This document shows positions 24,566-36,800 of a stretch of 64,000 nucleotides of DNA, piece after piece. The notes beneath the pieces are model-generated. The model did not search any database. It was not told the origin of the DNA and saw only the letters and a list, made by a program, of their open reading frames with translations. The stretch is from Klebsormidium nitens (taxonomy: Eukaryota > Plantae > Klebsormidiophyceae). A program made the translations under genes and the position numbers. Within the stretch, counting starts at the first letter, position 1. Every line of letters begins with the position of its first letter. The stretch is taken from assembly GCA_000708835.1 (NCBI GenBank), contig DF237013.1:129071-193070 (forward strand), given 5' to 3'.

Positions 24566-25769
24566 TCAATCCTCGTCCTTCTCCGGTGGCAGGCCGCAAG
24601 GAAGCAGCATTTTCTGGAAAACCAAACAAGGGCAGAGGAGATGAGCAACAATTGACTGGTAAATTGTAGCTCGCACAGACTTTTCGCTCTTTCCAATCTT
24701 GGAAAGGATCCAGTATGAGATGTGCTGTGCAGACAAGTGGGGCTATGATTGTTATGGAAGCACTGATCTGCTTATAGAGGCAGGACGCTCTAGTTTTGGT
24801 GCGGGTCAGGTGGTAGAAGAGTAGAAGCTAATCAAGGCTCTGGTCGCCAGAAAGACCCTTTGCACGTCAGAAAACGTTGAAGCAGACGAGATTTGATAGC
24901 CTCACGATGGAAAAGAAGTTGGTCAGCTTGCCTGCATGAAGTTGTACTTCTCCCTTCCGATGGACTCATTCTCCGCAACCGCGAAGTATGCTAGCAGGGG
25001 GTAGTGACCCACATAGGAAGCATAGCTGTCCCGCTGGATGTTCACGGCCCACTCACTGCATTGCAAAGTGCAAAGCTTTGGGGCCTCGATCTTTGTCACC
25101 CAGCCAACTCAATCACAGCAAAACGAATGCATAAATTTCTTTTTGCTTTCTCTGCACTTTAATATCAATTGAGAGACACTGCAACAGCTATCACGAATTC
25201 CAAATCTGAAGCAATTTGAATGAGACACAGAAGGTGCAAGCCAGCCGGCCAAGAAGTTTAACACTAGTTAAGATATGACCACAAGCTGGCCAAAGCAGAT
25301 GTCTCTCACAATCGGCTCACGTCCGCGTGGCCAGTCCCGACATACTTGGCTTGGAGGTGTTCCAATTGGCTGTTGATGTTGAACCGATCGCTCGCCTGAA
25401 CACCCGACATAAGTCAATCTACTTTATTTCCGATGATACGGCTGCCCCTTGAGTTCCTTTCAAACAGCACTTTTGGAATAGCAACCGCCGACTTCGCCCC
25501 GAAGCCCTTAGGTCTCTCAAAGAGCAGGCCTGACTCAGCCAACATGACAGGAAGAGGAGTCATTTGGTGCACCAGCAGTCATCACTAGGGACATAAAGTG
25601 GAAGGGTCGAATGATAACTCAATGTAACGGTGGAACATGTTTGTTGTTTGGATGCTTCGTCCGCTTGCAAATCTACAGTCGCCGTGAGGTCAGCAAACAC
25701 TGCATACCAACCTCTAGACTATTTTTAACCGTACGCTGCTTTCATTGCGCAAATGGAACTTACCTGCAT
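24566..25769 (-). CDS. SF3B5: Splicing factor 3B subunit 5 (SF3b10), 4 exons, 87 aa; intron 3 is GC-AG
   Basis: Missed by the ORF track. Exons 25769-25764 (ATGCAG), 25395-25310, 25055-24932, 24613-24566 give MQASDRFNINSQLEHLQAKYVGTGHADVSRFEWAVNIQRDSYASYVGHYPLLAYFAVAENESIGREKYNFMQKMLLPCGLPPEKDED*, the conserved SF3B5 sequence. Confidence 0.97.
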
Positions 25770-26199
25770 CTTCGCTACAGGAAGTTCGCCCAAAAATTTT
25801 GTTTGGTACCAGAACCCTGCTCCCCAGCCAGCAAATAGTCCAGTGATGCAAATACCACCTGCAGCGACGGTTGCTTCAACGAGCGAGCGTCTCGAAGGTC
25901 CCTGTCTCAACCCTGTCTCAAGACCTTGGTCTTCTGGCCACGTCTCAGGCCGAGTAAAACTCAAGGTGGCTTGACCCTTGAGATTTGCTCCTTGATGCGA
26001 GCTGCCAGCCCCCCCGTTCTGCAAGCCACCTTCCCAGTACTAGCGCCGCCCCCTGACGTCCTCCAGCTCCCAATGGCAACACAGCAGCAGCAGTGCTCAG
26101 TCCTTTGACATCAGGCCAGCTCTGCTGTGTGCGATATCCAGCGGATTTAAAGGCAGCAGAAAGGCTCCGAAATGCTCCGAAATTCCCCTTGTATATTTT

Positions 26200-26290
26200 T
26201 GTAAAATTCTGGCAGGTACTATTTAAATATAAGAACCGGCAATCGACCGGCTTCTTGGGCAACCCTTTAAAGTTTATAGGCAGCAGCTCC
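26200..26290. promoter_or_regulatory. Putative bidirectional core promoter of SF3B5 and XCT
   Basis: The only AT-rich patch between the head-to-head ATGs (25769 and 26626). It contains TATTTAAATATAAG (26220-26233) and TTTAAAGTTTATAGG (26265-26280). TSS positions are not observed. Confidence 0.4.
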
Positions 26291-26625
26291 TTCAGCGCCT
26301 GCCGTTGGCGTCACCGCGCCAAGCGACAACGGTATGCCGCGGGCTGCGGTAACGGGTGCAGCAGCCAGAGCTATTTTGAACAAGTCCCCTCGATAAGCAG
26401 CCAGACTTCCATTCATAAGCTCTTGAATTTGAGAGCTATCCAAGTGGAGCACTGTCCAGCGTTACCCAATCTGGGCTCCTCAGGCTCAGGAGGACTAACA
26501 TTTCTTCCGACTGAGGCCCAGAGGGAGGGCCACAATTCCAATTCAAGCGCCAGAATCTGCAGGCTGCAGCCCGTCGCATCTTCTTGGAGTTTTCTGATCA
26601 TCTCCTGAACCTCTCAGCTTCATCC

Positions 26626-29600
26626 ATGGCGGGTTTTGGGGATGGTGAGAGCAACCACTCACTGCATTTTGTCGCGTGCATCTTAGGATGTCACCGTACA
26701 ATAGACTGTCCTGCTGATCCATCGTTGCTAATGGAGAGATGCATTTCAGCAATGCATAATATTGTCCCTGTAGCTGGAAACTTAGCCCCTAGGCCCTTCT
26801 TATCTTGTTGTCAGAAGCTTCCAAGAATCGGAGGACAGCAACAAGGGAAGGGCAGCAACGAGGCATTGTATCAGCTCGCGGGGTTGTATTTCTAGCAATG
26901 CTTTCCTTAATTTCCACTCTTCCTTTGATCAATCCTGATCAGCAAGCGGATCACCACCACTGCAAAAAAGAGGATAGAAGGCAGTACAGTTGAAGAGTCC
27001 ACTTCGCTCATGAGTTGCTCAACAATATCATGAAGGCCAGCGGGCTGACAATAACCAGGGCCGCTGTGCTTTGCTGTCTTCAAGATGCATTGCAAACATT
27101 GCGCTACAGGTCCAGGGAATCTCTGTTAACATGCCCCCACCCTGTGCAGGCTACGTTGGGAGCTTCCAGGATGTGCAGAAGATCCGGCGGATGGAGAAGA
27201 AGCGGGAAGAGGACAAGAAAAAGATGGAAGAACTCAAGAAGAAGACGGCGGAGGGGGCCTCCGGTTTGCTGCAATTTGGCCAGGGCACGTCTGAGGTACT
27301 GATTCTCTTGCATGGGGTGCCTTGGAGACGGGGAGTGAGAAGAACTGAGAATCTCGTGGACGGTTGGTTAGAGGCCTCAAAATCATAGCCAGCTGCTTGT
27401 CGACTATTGGAACAGCTTATGTTGAGATAGCACGTAGAGGGCGCCACTTCAAGAAGGAAGTTCTGCATCGCAGCGGGGGGTCTGAGAAGGTGGAACTGAT
27501 TGTGATTGGTGGTATCATCCCGCGCTTGAGCCTTTTGAATGGTGGTGTCATCAGGAAGTCTTGAAAGGTGACACTGCACCCGCTCCTGTGTTCACATTTT
27601 CCCATTCTTTTAGCTTTCCATTGAACACGTGGTTTGCCCGAGAACCTTCAGAATAGCAATTCGCTGACATAATCTCTGCAGATTCTGGAAAGTGCCTTCA
27701 AGCAGCAGACTGTGGGCCTGGTAACGCGGGATGAGTTTGTTGAAAAGGTAAGCCTGCTATAGCGCGGTCTAAAAGAAGGCTTGAAGTTCACAAATTGACC
27801 GGTTGTTGCGACTTTCGTTGGCTCTCAGAAACAGATCTGGCATGGGTTCCCCTGCCGTGCATTGATTGTTTTAGATCCAGCCCTTCCACAACATCAGTGA
27901 TGTTCTGACTGGCCGACTACAACACCATACGATCTACACTTTTCGCTTGGGTAGAATTTTAATCCTTACAGTGGAGCGGTCTCCGTATGCAGCTGTCACA
28001 ATGAATCTTTCCTGAACGGAGCAAAAGTGTCTCCGTGTAACAACAGCCCCACCATTAGTAAGGACATAAGTAAACGGATAAACAGTGACAGTTCATCACT
28101 GTCGCAGAGGTGGTTTGCATCCGAGCCTCATCAAATCTTCTAACAACAGTCTTGCACTTTCAGCTCTGTGTTCACAAGCCATCTGTGCTTGAATTGCAGA
28201 GAGCGACTTTGCAACAGAAGCTCGACGAGGAAGAGAAGCGGAAACGAGAGTTGCAAGAGCAGTAAGTGCTTTTTTGTGCCTGCTTGCACAATGATAACGG
28301 ACCCACAATCACTTGTGTTCTGTCCTCTGGTCCATTTCCCGATTGACTGGCTGTCATCTGTTTGCCTCGATGATGGCTGAAAACGTTTCTTTAGCCCTTT
28401 TGAGATGAGCTTACCTCTGAACGATCTGTAAGTTTGTCGTACGATATGCACCTTTTGTTAATCCTAACGTTGGCCGGAGAAGGCAGGCTACTGAAAAAGC
28501 TTGCCATCTTTCGACCTTGTCAGGGCTGAAGTTGAAGCGAAAATTAAAAAGAGGAAGAAGAAGAGTGCACAAGCGTCCAAGCTCTCTTTTGCCGAAGATC
28601 TGGACGAAGACGAACAGGCGGAAGCTGCAGAAGCAGGTGAGATTCGCCTCGGTGGTTCTTTGAACTAGTCGAGTTCCGTTGACCGCTTCTTGTTCTCTCG
28701 AGCCCGGATACCTTGAATGCCGTCCGATTACCTTTCTTATTCGACCCGCTTTTTTGCTTTGTCAAGGGACTGGAGTTGCTTTATCCTAGATGTTTGGTGA
28801 CAAACGCACGTTTCTACTTTGGATACGGTTGGAGGGGCATTGAGCTTGTCGGAGACATTTGACGCAGTTCGAGAGGTTTGCATAATTCGCTTCTTGGTTA
28901 CTTCTAGCTGGTTAACAGATTGTCAGCACAGTATGGGAAAGCGATGATTCTAAGGCGTAGGTCTTCGAGCTTCGGTTTCTGATCATAGGGGCCCAGGTTC
29001 ACGTCCTGAACTCGCAGTCTGTGACTTCGAATCGCAAAACAGTCTCCTTCGAGGTCATGTCTGCAGTCGGCCGAAGGTTGTGAGATCTAGAGGAACGCGC
29101 TTGATGCGTCCACTTCGAGATTGCTGTTTCTACTTGGTATATCTGCTTGACGTACATTTGGACTCTGATTGTGCAATAATGTGTCGTAAAATGGTGGCAC
29201 GGCGAGACATTCACGAGCGTACTTTGAAATCGGTTGTGCAATCGTCTGGCCTTGTTGTCGAGGTTTGGGGCGATCGATGGCTGCTGTTTTGTGAAAGTAG
29301 GGCAATCAACGGCTGTTTGATGTCGAACTTAGCCAAATCGAAACACTTCTCTGGGACGTTTTTGGTCAGTGGTTAGCCCCAACAGACAACCTGCCGAAAG
29401 GTTGCAGTGAACGAACGAGATAACGGGGCAGTCATGATCGTCTTGGATACTTGCAGGTATGCCCTCTAGTTCGGAGCGAAAGCCCGATAAGAATGGTGAG
29501 TCCATTTGTCTTTGATAAGGTTCAAATTTGGACCACAGCTGGTTGGTCCATTACGTCCAACTTTTCTGCGGCGTATGTGTAATCTCAGTTGGTGCCATCA

Positions 29601-32600
29601 ACGTTTTAGTATGCCAGCATCCGACGCTCGTTTCTGACTAAGAGACAGACAATCAGAGCTGCGAGTTGTGAAGTTGTGCTCTGTCATCCCTCACGTGCTG
29701 CGAGAGAGGAACAACGCAGCCCACCTTATCAACGTCGAGAGCGACGTCTCTTTCTTCGAGCGAGCCGTTCTCGTATCATGTCAGTATCACCATAACTGCT
29801 CATCATTGTTCAAGTAAGCTCTGCGTGAGGCGCGACATGACGTGAGCTTCGGAAGCAACAACCGCAGCCTCTCTCAACCTTTTATTGTTCCACACACTGC
29901 AGTTGAAAAGAAGGCCAAGCTGGGCAAATTCGGAAAGGACCCCTCTGTCGAGACAGGCTTCTTGCCAGACAGGTAAGCTTCACCTCTTGAGCACGTTGCC
30001 GTGACGTCCTTCGTTTGTGCGTATCAAGTCGTGCAACACAAAGGACCTCAACGTTGTGCGTTACGCTCAAGTTGAAGCAGAAGCACGCAGAATGCTTGGA
30101 CGCTGGAAGACATGGTGTCGGACACTTGTGCAAATGTACCCGGGTTATTGAAAAGTGGTGCAGCTTCACAAGCTTTTCCCCGTTTTGGATGCCGGTGCCG
30201 CACTCCCAGATGTATGATACACGCTCTACTTTTTTTATTTCCCCCCAACAGTTGGCCTTTCGCTGTTTGCTTAACATTTCCGCTTTTCCATTCAATTCAG
30301 TTTTCATGCATAATTTGAGCAGAATTGGGTGACTTTCTGCTCGGGGAAAGGTGCTCGCAAGCATCCTCGCACCTCATTTGAGGCGTTTAACCGTTGGCGA
30401 ACCTCCTCAAGGCCGTTACGCTGCCGTGCTGCAGGGACAGAGAAGCCGCTGAAAGGGAGGAGCGAAAGCGGCTGCGGCGGCAGTACATTGCGGAACAAGA
30501 GCGGATCAAAAGTGAGCATCCTTCTTGAGTGCCTCCCTTGGGCCACACACACCGGTCAGTCATACCAAGATTGCCGAGTTTCGTCGGGCCTCAAGTATGC
30601 TGGCCTCGCTGTTTCTCCTTCGCAGGCGAGCCATAGAAATTACCACAGCTAATTCGCTTGGAATCCGTATCTAACCCCAAAGCCCAGCTTAGCCCTCCCG
30701 GTTCTCGAGCGCATTTACCCGCAGACAAGCCCTTTTCTTATGCTACCATTGCTGTAAAGGGTCGAACCTTCTGATCGCGACATTTGCCCAACGACCGCAC
30801 GATTCCAGGTGGCTTCGGCATCTGGTTGAGTCACATGAACGTTGGCAGTTTCCGCAAAACTCATTCTGCTTCTCACGCTACTTCTATTCCGCAGACGAGC
30901 CCCTAGAGATCACGTACAGTTACTGGGACGGCACGGGCCACCGGCGGAAGATCCAGGTTCGGAAAGGGGACAGCATCGGCGACTTCATGCGGGCAGTGCA
31001 GGCGCAACTGTCGCCCGAATTCCGGGAGGTGCGGACGACCATGTTCGACAACCTGATGTACGTCAAGGAGGACCTCATCATACCGCATGTGAGTTGGAGT
31101 TCGCTAAGGTCTTTGTCGTTCTTCTTTTTTGTTTCTATCCTTCTCTTGTGTTCGATTGTGAGTTCATTGTCCACCTTTCTGTCTTCCTCTTTCTCCTCTT
31201 GTTTTCAATGCTTCCCTTCTCGCGTATTTGATATGAGCTGGTTCTCCGCCTTGTGTCTTCCTCTTTCTCCTCTTTTTTGTTGCTTTCTTCCTTGCGGTAC
31301 TTAATGTGAGATGGTTCCCCGCTTTGTGTCTCTCACTTGCTCCTCTCTTTTTTGTCGCTCTCCCTTATCTTGTGTTTGTATCTCAACCTCCCCGCGCCAG
31401 TAGACCCGGTTCGGCTCCGGGCCATCGCGAAGGATCTAGAAACCTTTGGTCAGGGGTACAGAATGAGCTCTTGGACCATCTCGAGCAACGGCTAGGAAAG
31501 TTTGAGACCAGGAGAAAACAGTGACGTCGGGTTCAAAACTGCGGTCTGCCCAGGTTGACGCCGTTTTCTTGGTGTGCAGCAATTCACGTTCTACGAGCTT
31601 ATTGTCAACAAGGCGCGGGGGAAGAGTGGGCCGGTAAGTGGAAGGAACAATTCTCAAACCAACTGCTTCGTTGCTCATTACCAGAGAGGTTGCCGGATTG
31701 TCCGTAAGCAGATTTGCTAAGGCTTGCCTTGAGGATGCAACAAATGGACCGTTGTTAAAGATGCCACTGTGAATGACGACGACGCTCGGATCTCGGAACG
31801 TCCTTTGTAGATGTATTCTTTGAACATCTTGTAAACGTGGTGTAAATGTTGACCATGCATTCGTCGCGGTCGTTCCATCAATCGCATGCCTTCCTCACGT
31901 CAGGACTGTATTCTCAACTGCACCAGGGATGTATTTGGTGATTCTCCCAATTCAGCAAGATTCTAAAGAAAATAAGCTGCTACTCTGCTACCTTAGAGCG
32001 ACATTTTTAAAATTAAGCAACTGATAGATGGATTCGACGTCACCTTTGACGAGCACTCACGTCATCAACCCTGCATGAAACTGCCAATTGAATGTACTCG
32101 CGTTTTGCAGCTCTTCCATTTTGACGTGCATGAGGACATCCGGACAGTATCAGACGCCACGAAGGAGAAAGAAGAGGTGAGCAGCATAGACACTTGTGAC
32201 TATGGAGAGATTGATCATAAAAGCTAAGCTTCATATCCTGATCAGTCTTCTCAGACGATGATTCTTATGTTACGGTCATTCTTTTTCCAGACGATATGGT
32301 CTCGTATGTAGGCTCTAGTGAAGCTTAGTCTTGTAATTGTTTTTAACCAATGGGAAATTTCTGTTCTGATTCATTAAGGGCGTGGTGAGCGCTATGAGAG
32401 CGCTACGATCGCTATTCCAATTTCCATCTGGTTTTTGCATCCGTTGTGACGGGTCTACAAGTGCGGATTCGTTCCCGAAATATGGGGTTTGATTTGTGAA
32501 CATCTCTGGTTCAGATTGTCTTCCTAAGTGCTCATAAGGACTTTCCGTGGAAGGAGGGGTTGCAAGGCCTGCAAAGCCGTAGAGAAACCTGTCGGGGTTA

Positions 32601-32917
32601 CGTTCTGTTATGCAACGTCTAGGAAGGGGCATAATCAGGCTAAGTTCAATCCGACTCTTGCTTTGTTCATAGGCAACTCTTGTCTGCATTCTTGTGGACT
32701 TCCTGAATCTGGAGATGCCTGTGTTACGATAGCTTCAGACTCACCTCGTTAATTCTCTGTTTCCGTGATCCAGTCTCATGCAGGTAAAGTCGTCGAAAGG
32801 CATTGGTACGAGAAGAATAAACACATCTTTCCAGCTTCTCGTTGGGAAATCTATGACCCAGCAAAACAATGGGAAAAGTACACGGTTCATGGAGGCGAAA
32901 TCAGGGGTGTAAAGTGA
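26626..32917 (+). CDS. XCT: XAP5 circadian timekeeper / FAM50 family spliceosome-associated protein, 11 exons, 336 aa
   Basis: Exons 26626-26644, 27150-27295, 27682-27747, 28200-28261, 28524-28636, 29903-29972, 30435-30511, 30895-31088, 31580-31633, 32111-32176, 32774-32917 (1011 nt). Motifs [103 protein letters not shown]. Confidence 0.97.
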
Positions 32918-33844
32918 TCCATTTGGACGAAGTGACTGCAGTGCTAACGCTACGGGGTTAGAATCTTGTCCGAGGGCGCACCGCTTGCAGGACTCGCAGG
33001 TCGAGTAAGACAAGCCTAAAGCTACCCGGTCAGCCGTGCCAAGCGGCTAGCTCTGGTTAGTGATCATCCAGTGTCCCTCTCTGATTCAGACTTTGTTGCG
33101 GCCATGCACGACCTCCAGTGGCACACGAAAGTGTGCATACTCACATATGATTCCAGCTAGGTCACAATCAAAGTACACATGCGCTATCCAAATGGCTTAA
33201 GCCTGGGACCGCGCGCGCAGGCTCCGTTTCAATAACGCATGCCATTTGATAGCTGGGTACGCGGCCATATACCGTAGATTCAATGATTGCATTATGCACA
33301 AAGCTGGATGTGGCCGGCTGGACTCAGGAGCTAGAAGTAGGTAATTCGACTGCATGCTGGCCGCCAGCATGCCGGGCATGCATGTGCGTGCGCATGCATA
33401 CGGTATGGTATATGCATGCCAGGCATGAGCTGATGCTTAATAGTACGCGTTCGATCCTGATGCCGACGTACTTAGTACTGGTTGAATCTTCAGCGATCTG
33501 AACTACTGGCTTGAGCTTTCGATAAGTACTTTTGGCTTGCTATTTCTAACTTGCTTGATGAAATATGTAATCATGGCGGCAGGATGCTCAATTAAGTCAG
33601 TCCGACAGTACGTACAGGCATGAAGCAGCTGAGCTGAGCGGAGTAAGGTCGCACCTCACATGGCAGCCTAGCATGGCTTTCGATCACAAAAGAAGCATGG
33701 ATGATACAAAAGCAGAAGTCTCTGCAGGACGGCGGCGGCGTTTAACACATGATTGGACCGTGGACAGCTTCAATGTCAGGCCCTATCAGAAGCAAATCGT
33801 GTCGTTATCTTGTCCTGAAGGGTTGAGCAGCCCAACACCCAAGG

Positions 33845-36800
33845 TTAGCTCGCCGGTGTACCAGCTCTCGAAAGTTGGTCATAAGCACTAGTGGGAGGGA
33901 GAGACAAAATCTCCCATGGTTCCTTGGGCAAGCCAACAAAGAGCGACTCCTCTCCTTGTTGTCCCACAGGCCCCGTCGCCCCCGTTTCCGGTCCCGCGAA
34001 GGACCTCCGCAGCTCTTTCACCGACCGTGTAACCGGGACCTCAACACCGTTTTGCATAACCGTCTCGGGCCCGTGCTGACCGTCGCTGTTGATCACCGGG
34101 CTTGCCGCCTGTTTCGGGTTGGTGGAAGGAGTTTGCTTAACCGGGGAGGTTTGAGTAGCGAGACCCAAAAGGCCTAGCCTTTGGAGCAAGTCCAAGGGGT
34201 TGGCAGGGGCCCCAGCCGCAGACGTCACACCGTCTGCGGAATGTGCGGTGCCATTGGCTACTATGGGCACGCTGATGCCCGCAGCCACGTCCTCAGCCTG
34301 GAGCGGGAAAGAGGAGGAGTGAATGCTCTATTTGTGAGCGGTTCCGACATATTCATTTCATTCTGCAGGGTGGAAAGCAAGCCTCTGCTTAGACCTCCAT
34401 TACATTGGACCGGTTCGGTTGGAGATGCTGACGTTTTCCAACGGAACCGGGCTTTACATTGGAAAGTTGCGGTTCGCCGGTCAGTTGGTTGTCGTCGTAC
34501 TGGCAAGCCCCCCAGAATCTCAATCGATGTCCGCAATTCAAGGAACCGAAAACAGCGTTGACCAAAGGACCTAGGCTAGGTCCTTTGGTCAACGCTGTTT
34601 TCGGTTCCTCGATCCTCGGAGCTTCTCATGGTCTGGTTGCGTCAAGTAGTGCAGGCCGGGAAAATGGCACAGTCATACGTACTACGGTACTGCGGTACTA
34701 CGATATCTACGATACCGCTAAGGGAATTCAGTTCGGGAGAGGGGGTTCGACACGGACAAAAACCGGGCCAGCCCAAGCTTCGGAAGGGCCAACGGCCGTT
34801 GGCCTGATGACGTTTTCCCAACCAAACCGGTCCAATGTACTGGAGGTCTTTAAACAGGGAATCTGGTGACCGAACGCTTTTCTTGTCGAAGCGGATGTCC
34901 AAGATCCACGCGTCTTGAGCAGCTTGATTTTAAACGGCGGATCTCCTTGCCAGTGATCAGCATCACTCCTTGAACGATCGAGATTCAGGCGATGTTTTCC
35001 AGTTCAGAGGTGCTAATGCATCATTCATTGACCTCTATTGAAGCGCACCCAAAAAGGTGAGCAGGGAATATGAAATCGATCCCGTCCGAGAAGCTGATAC
35101 CATTTGCGGAATTCGCCCCTCACCTGCTTCAGCAGTGCCTCAACGCTGGGCACGTCCGACGCCCTCGGCACCGACACCGCCGACGATGACCTCAGCAGCG
35201 CGCCGGTGGACTCGTCCTGCGGCTTGGCGGGGCTCAGCATGACGTCATCTTCGCCGAGGGACTCGGCGCGCAGGAGGGACGAGTTAAGGGGGGAGCTTGG
35301 AGTGACGACGCGCGCGCTGAACTCCCGCTGGCGCAGCGCGTAGTGATCGTCCGGAACGAACGGCTCGCCAAGCCGGGCCTCCAGCTCGGCGCCTTCCAGC
35401 TGCATAAGACGGGAATCCGGGGTTCAGGCTTTGTGATAGATCCAGGGTCGAAATTTGGGTTCAAGGTTTGAGGGCTCGAGAGCTGCACTTTAGGGTTTGG
35501 CGAATCCGGACAGATGTACAGCAGGGAACGGTCCTCAAGGAACGGACGGCTCGCCCAAGCTGGCCCCCAGCTTAGCGCCCTCCAGCTGCGTCGATCGTGT
35601 TTCCATAACCAAGGTTCGAAAGGCTATGCTTTTAGGTCTGCAATTGGGGTTTGCATATCCAAGGATCAGAAGCGCAGCTCATAGAGCTCGGGAAGAACGC
35701 CCGTGTCGCCCAGACGGGCCTCCAGCGGGGCCCCCTCCAGCCATCCAACCAGCCAAGACGTAGGCTCACTTAGATGCGAAGAAGCTGCTCTCTCTCAGAA
35801 AGAAATTTCTAGGATTTCAGATGGACAAAAAGGCAGCGCGCAGCGTTGCTAAAGAGCACGCACGAATGGCCCAGGCTCACGTGAATGCCGCCCGAGTGCT
35901 TAAGGTTGCCAGCTTGCGGAATTTGTGTGCACAGCCGTCCGTCAACGTTTTTTTTCGTACAACCGAATGCAAATCTCGGACGTCTTGCAAGGTGTCTTTT
36001 ACCGAACATCAGATCAATTGCTACCAGTGAGACACTTTGATCGATTGCGCGTTCCTGTCATTGTACTATTTCTGGGTGAATGGAGAGCTTTGTAACAAGG
36101 AAACGTTTCAAGTCCCCGAAGCTCACGGTCGGATTCACCCTCACCTCCAGAAAGCCAGCCGTCGCGGCTATTTTGCCCGCCAACACCGCGAGCTCGGTGT
36201 CAAACTCGGGGTGAAGGGCCGGGTTAGGCGGCCAAACCCGGGAGAAAACCGCCCGGTCTTCTGGGGAACCGTACGGCGGCGGGCGTGGAGCCCCGGGGAC
36301 GTCCAGCGGAAGAAGGGGGGAGACGACTAGCCGCTCGTTATCGGAGAGATCCAACCAGGGACACCGCTGCAAGGGAGAAACGATCTTCTCGTGTTTGAAT
36401 GCTGGCGGAGGTGCCGAGACAACGTTAGCTTCTGAGAGACAGACATGAACGATGCTCCAGGGCACCCAGAAGACAGCCGTTATAGTTTCTACAAGCAGGG
36501 GGAGATGACTAGCCGCTCGTTGACCGAAACCACGTGTCTGGTAGATTGAACTTGACGGAGACGCAAGAGAGGCTACTTGCGAGCTGAGGGAGTTAGTACT
36601 CTGGACGAAAGAGTACAGAGCGCGTTGACAATTAGCGAGTTGGTGTGCATGGTTGTCTTATTGTGTGTGTTCTGCCTTCGGTGTGACGGGAGTCTCCACA
36701 CTGAAAAAGCCAGAAGAATCTTCAGGCAACAAGCGTCTTCCTTGTTACCCCGACCAATCCTAGGGCGTTGCCTCTTTGTTGGAACTGTCGTGAGAACATG

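Noticed and set aside
25396-25410. In-frame ATG giving MSGVQASDRF as the SF3B5 start
   Set aside because: It lies between a branch-like TTGAC and the TTCAG acceptor. The upstream ATGCAG|GTAAGT micro-exon gives the conserved MQASDRF start and the expected 87 aa.
34741-34760. GGTTCGA T-loop-like motif suggesting a tRNA or SINE
   Set aside because: No acceptor stem, D-arm or A-box upstream; it lies inside the foldback element.
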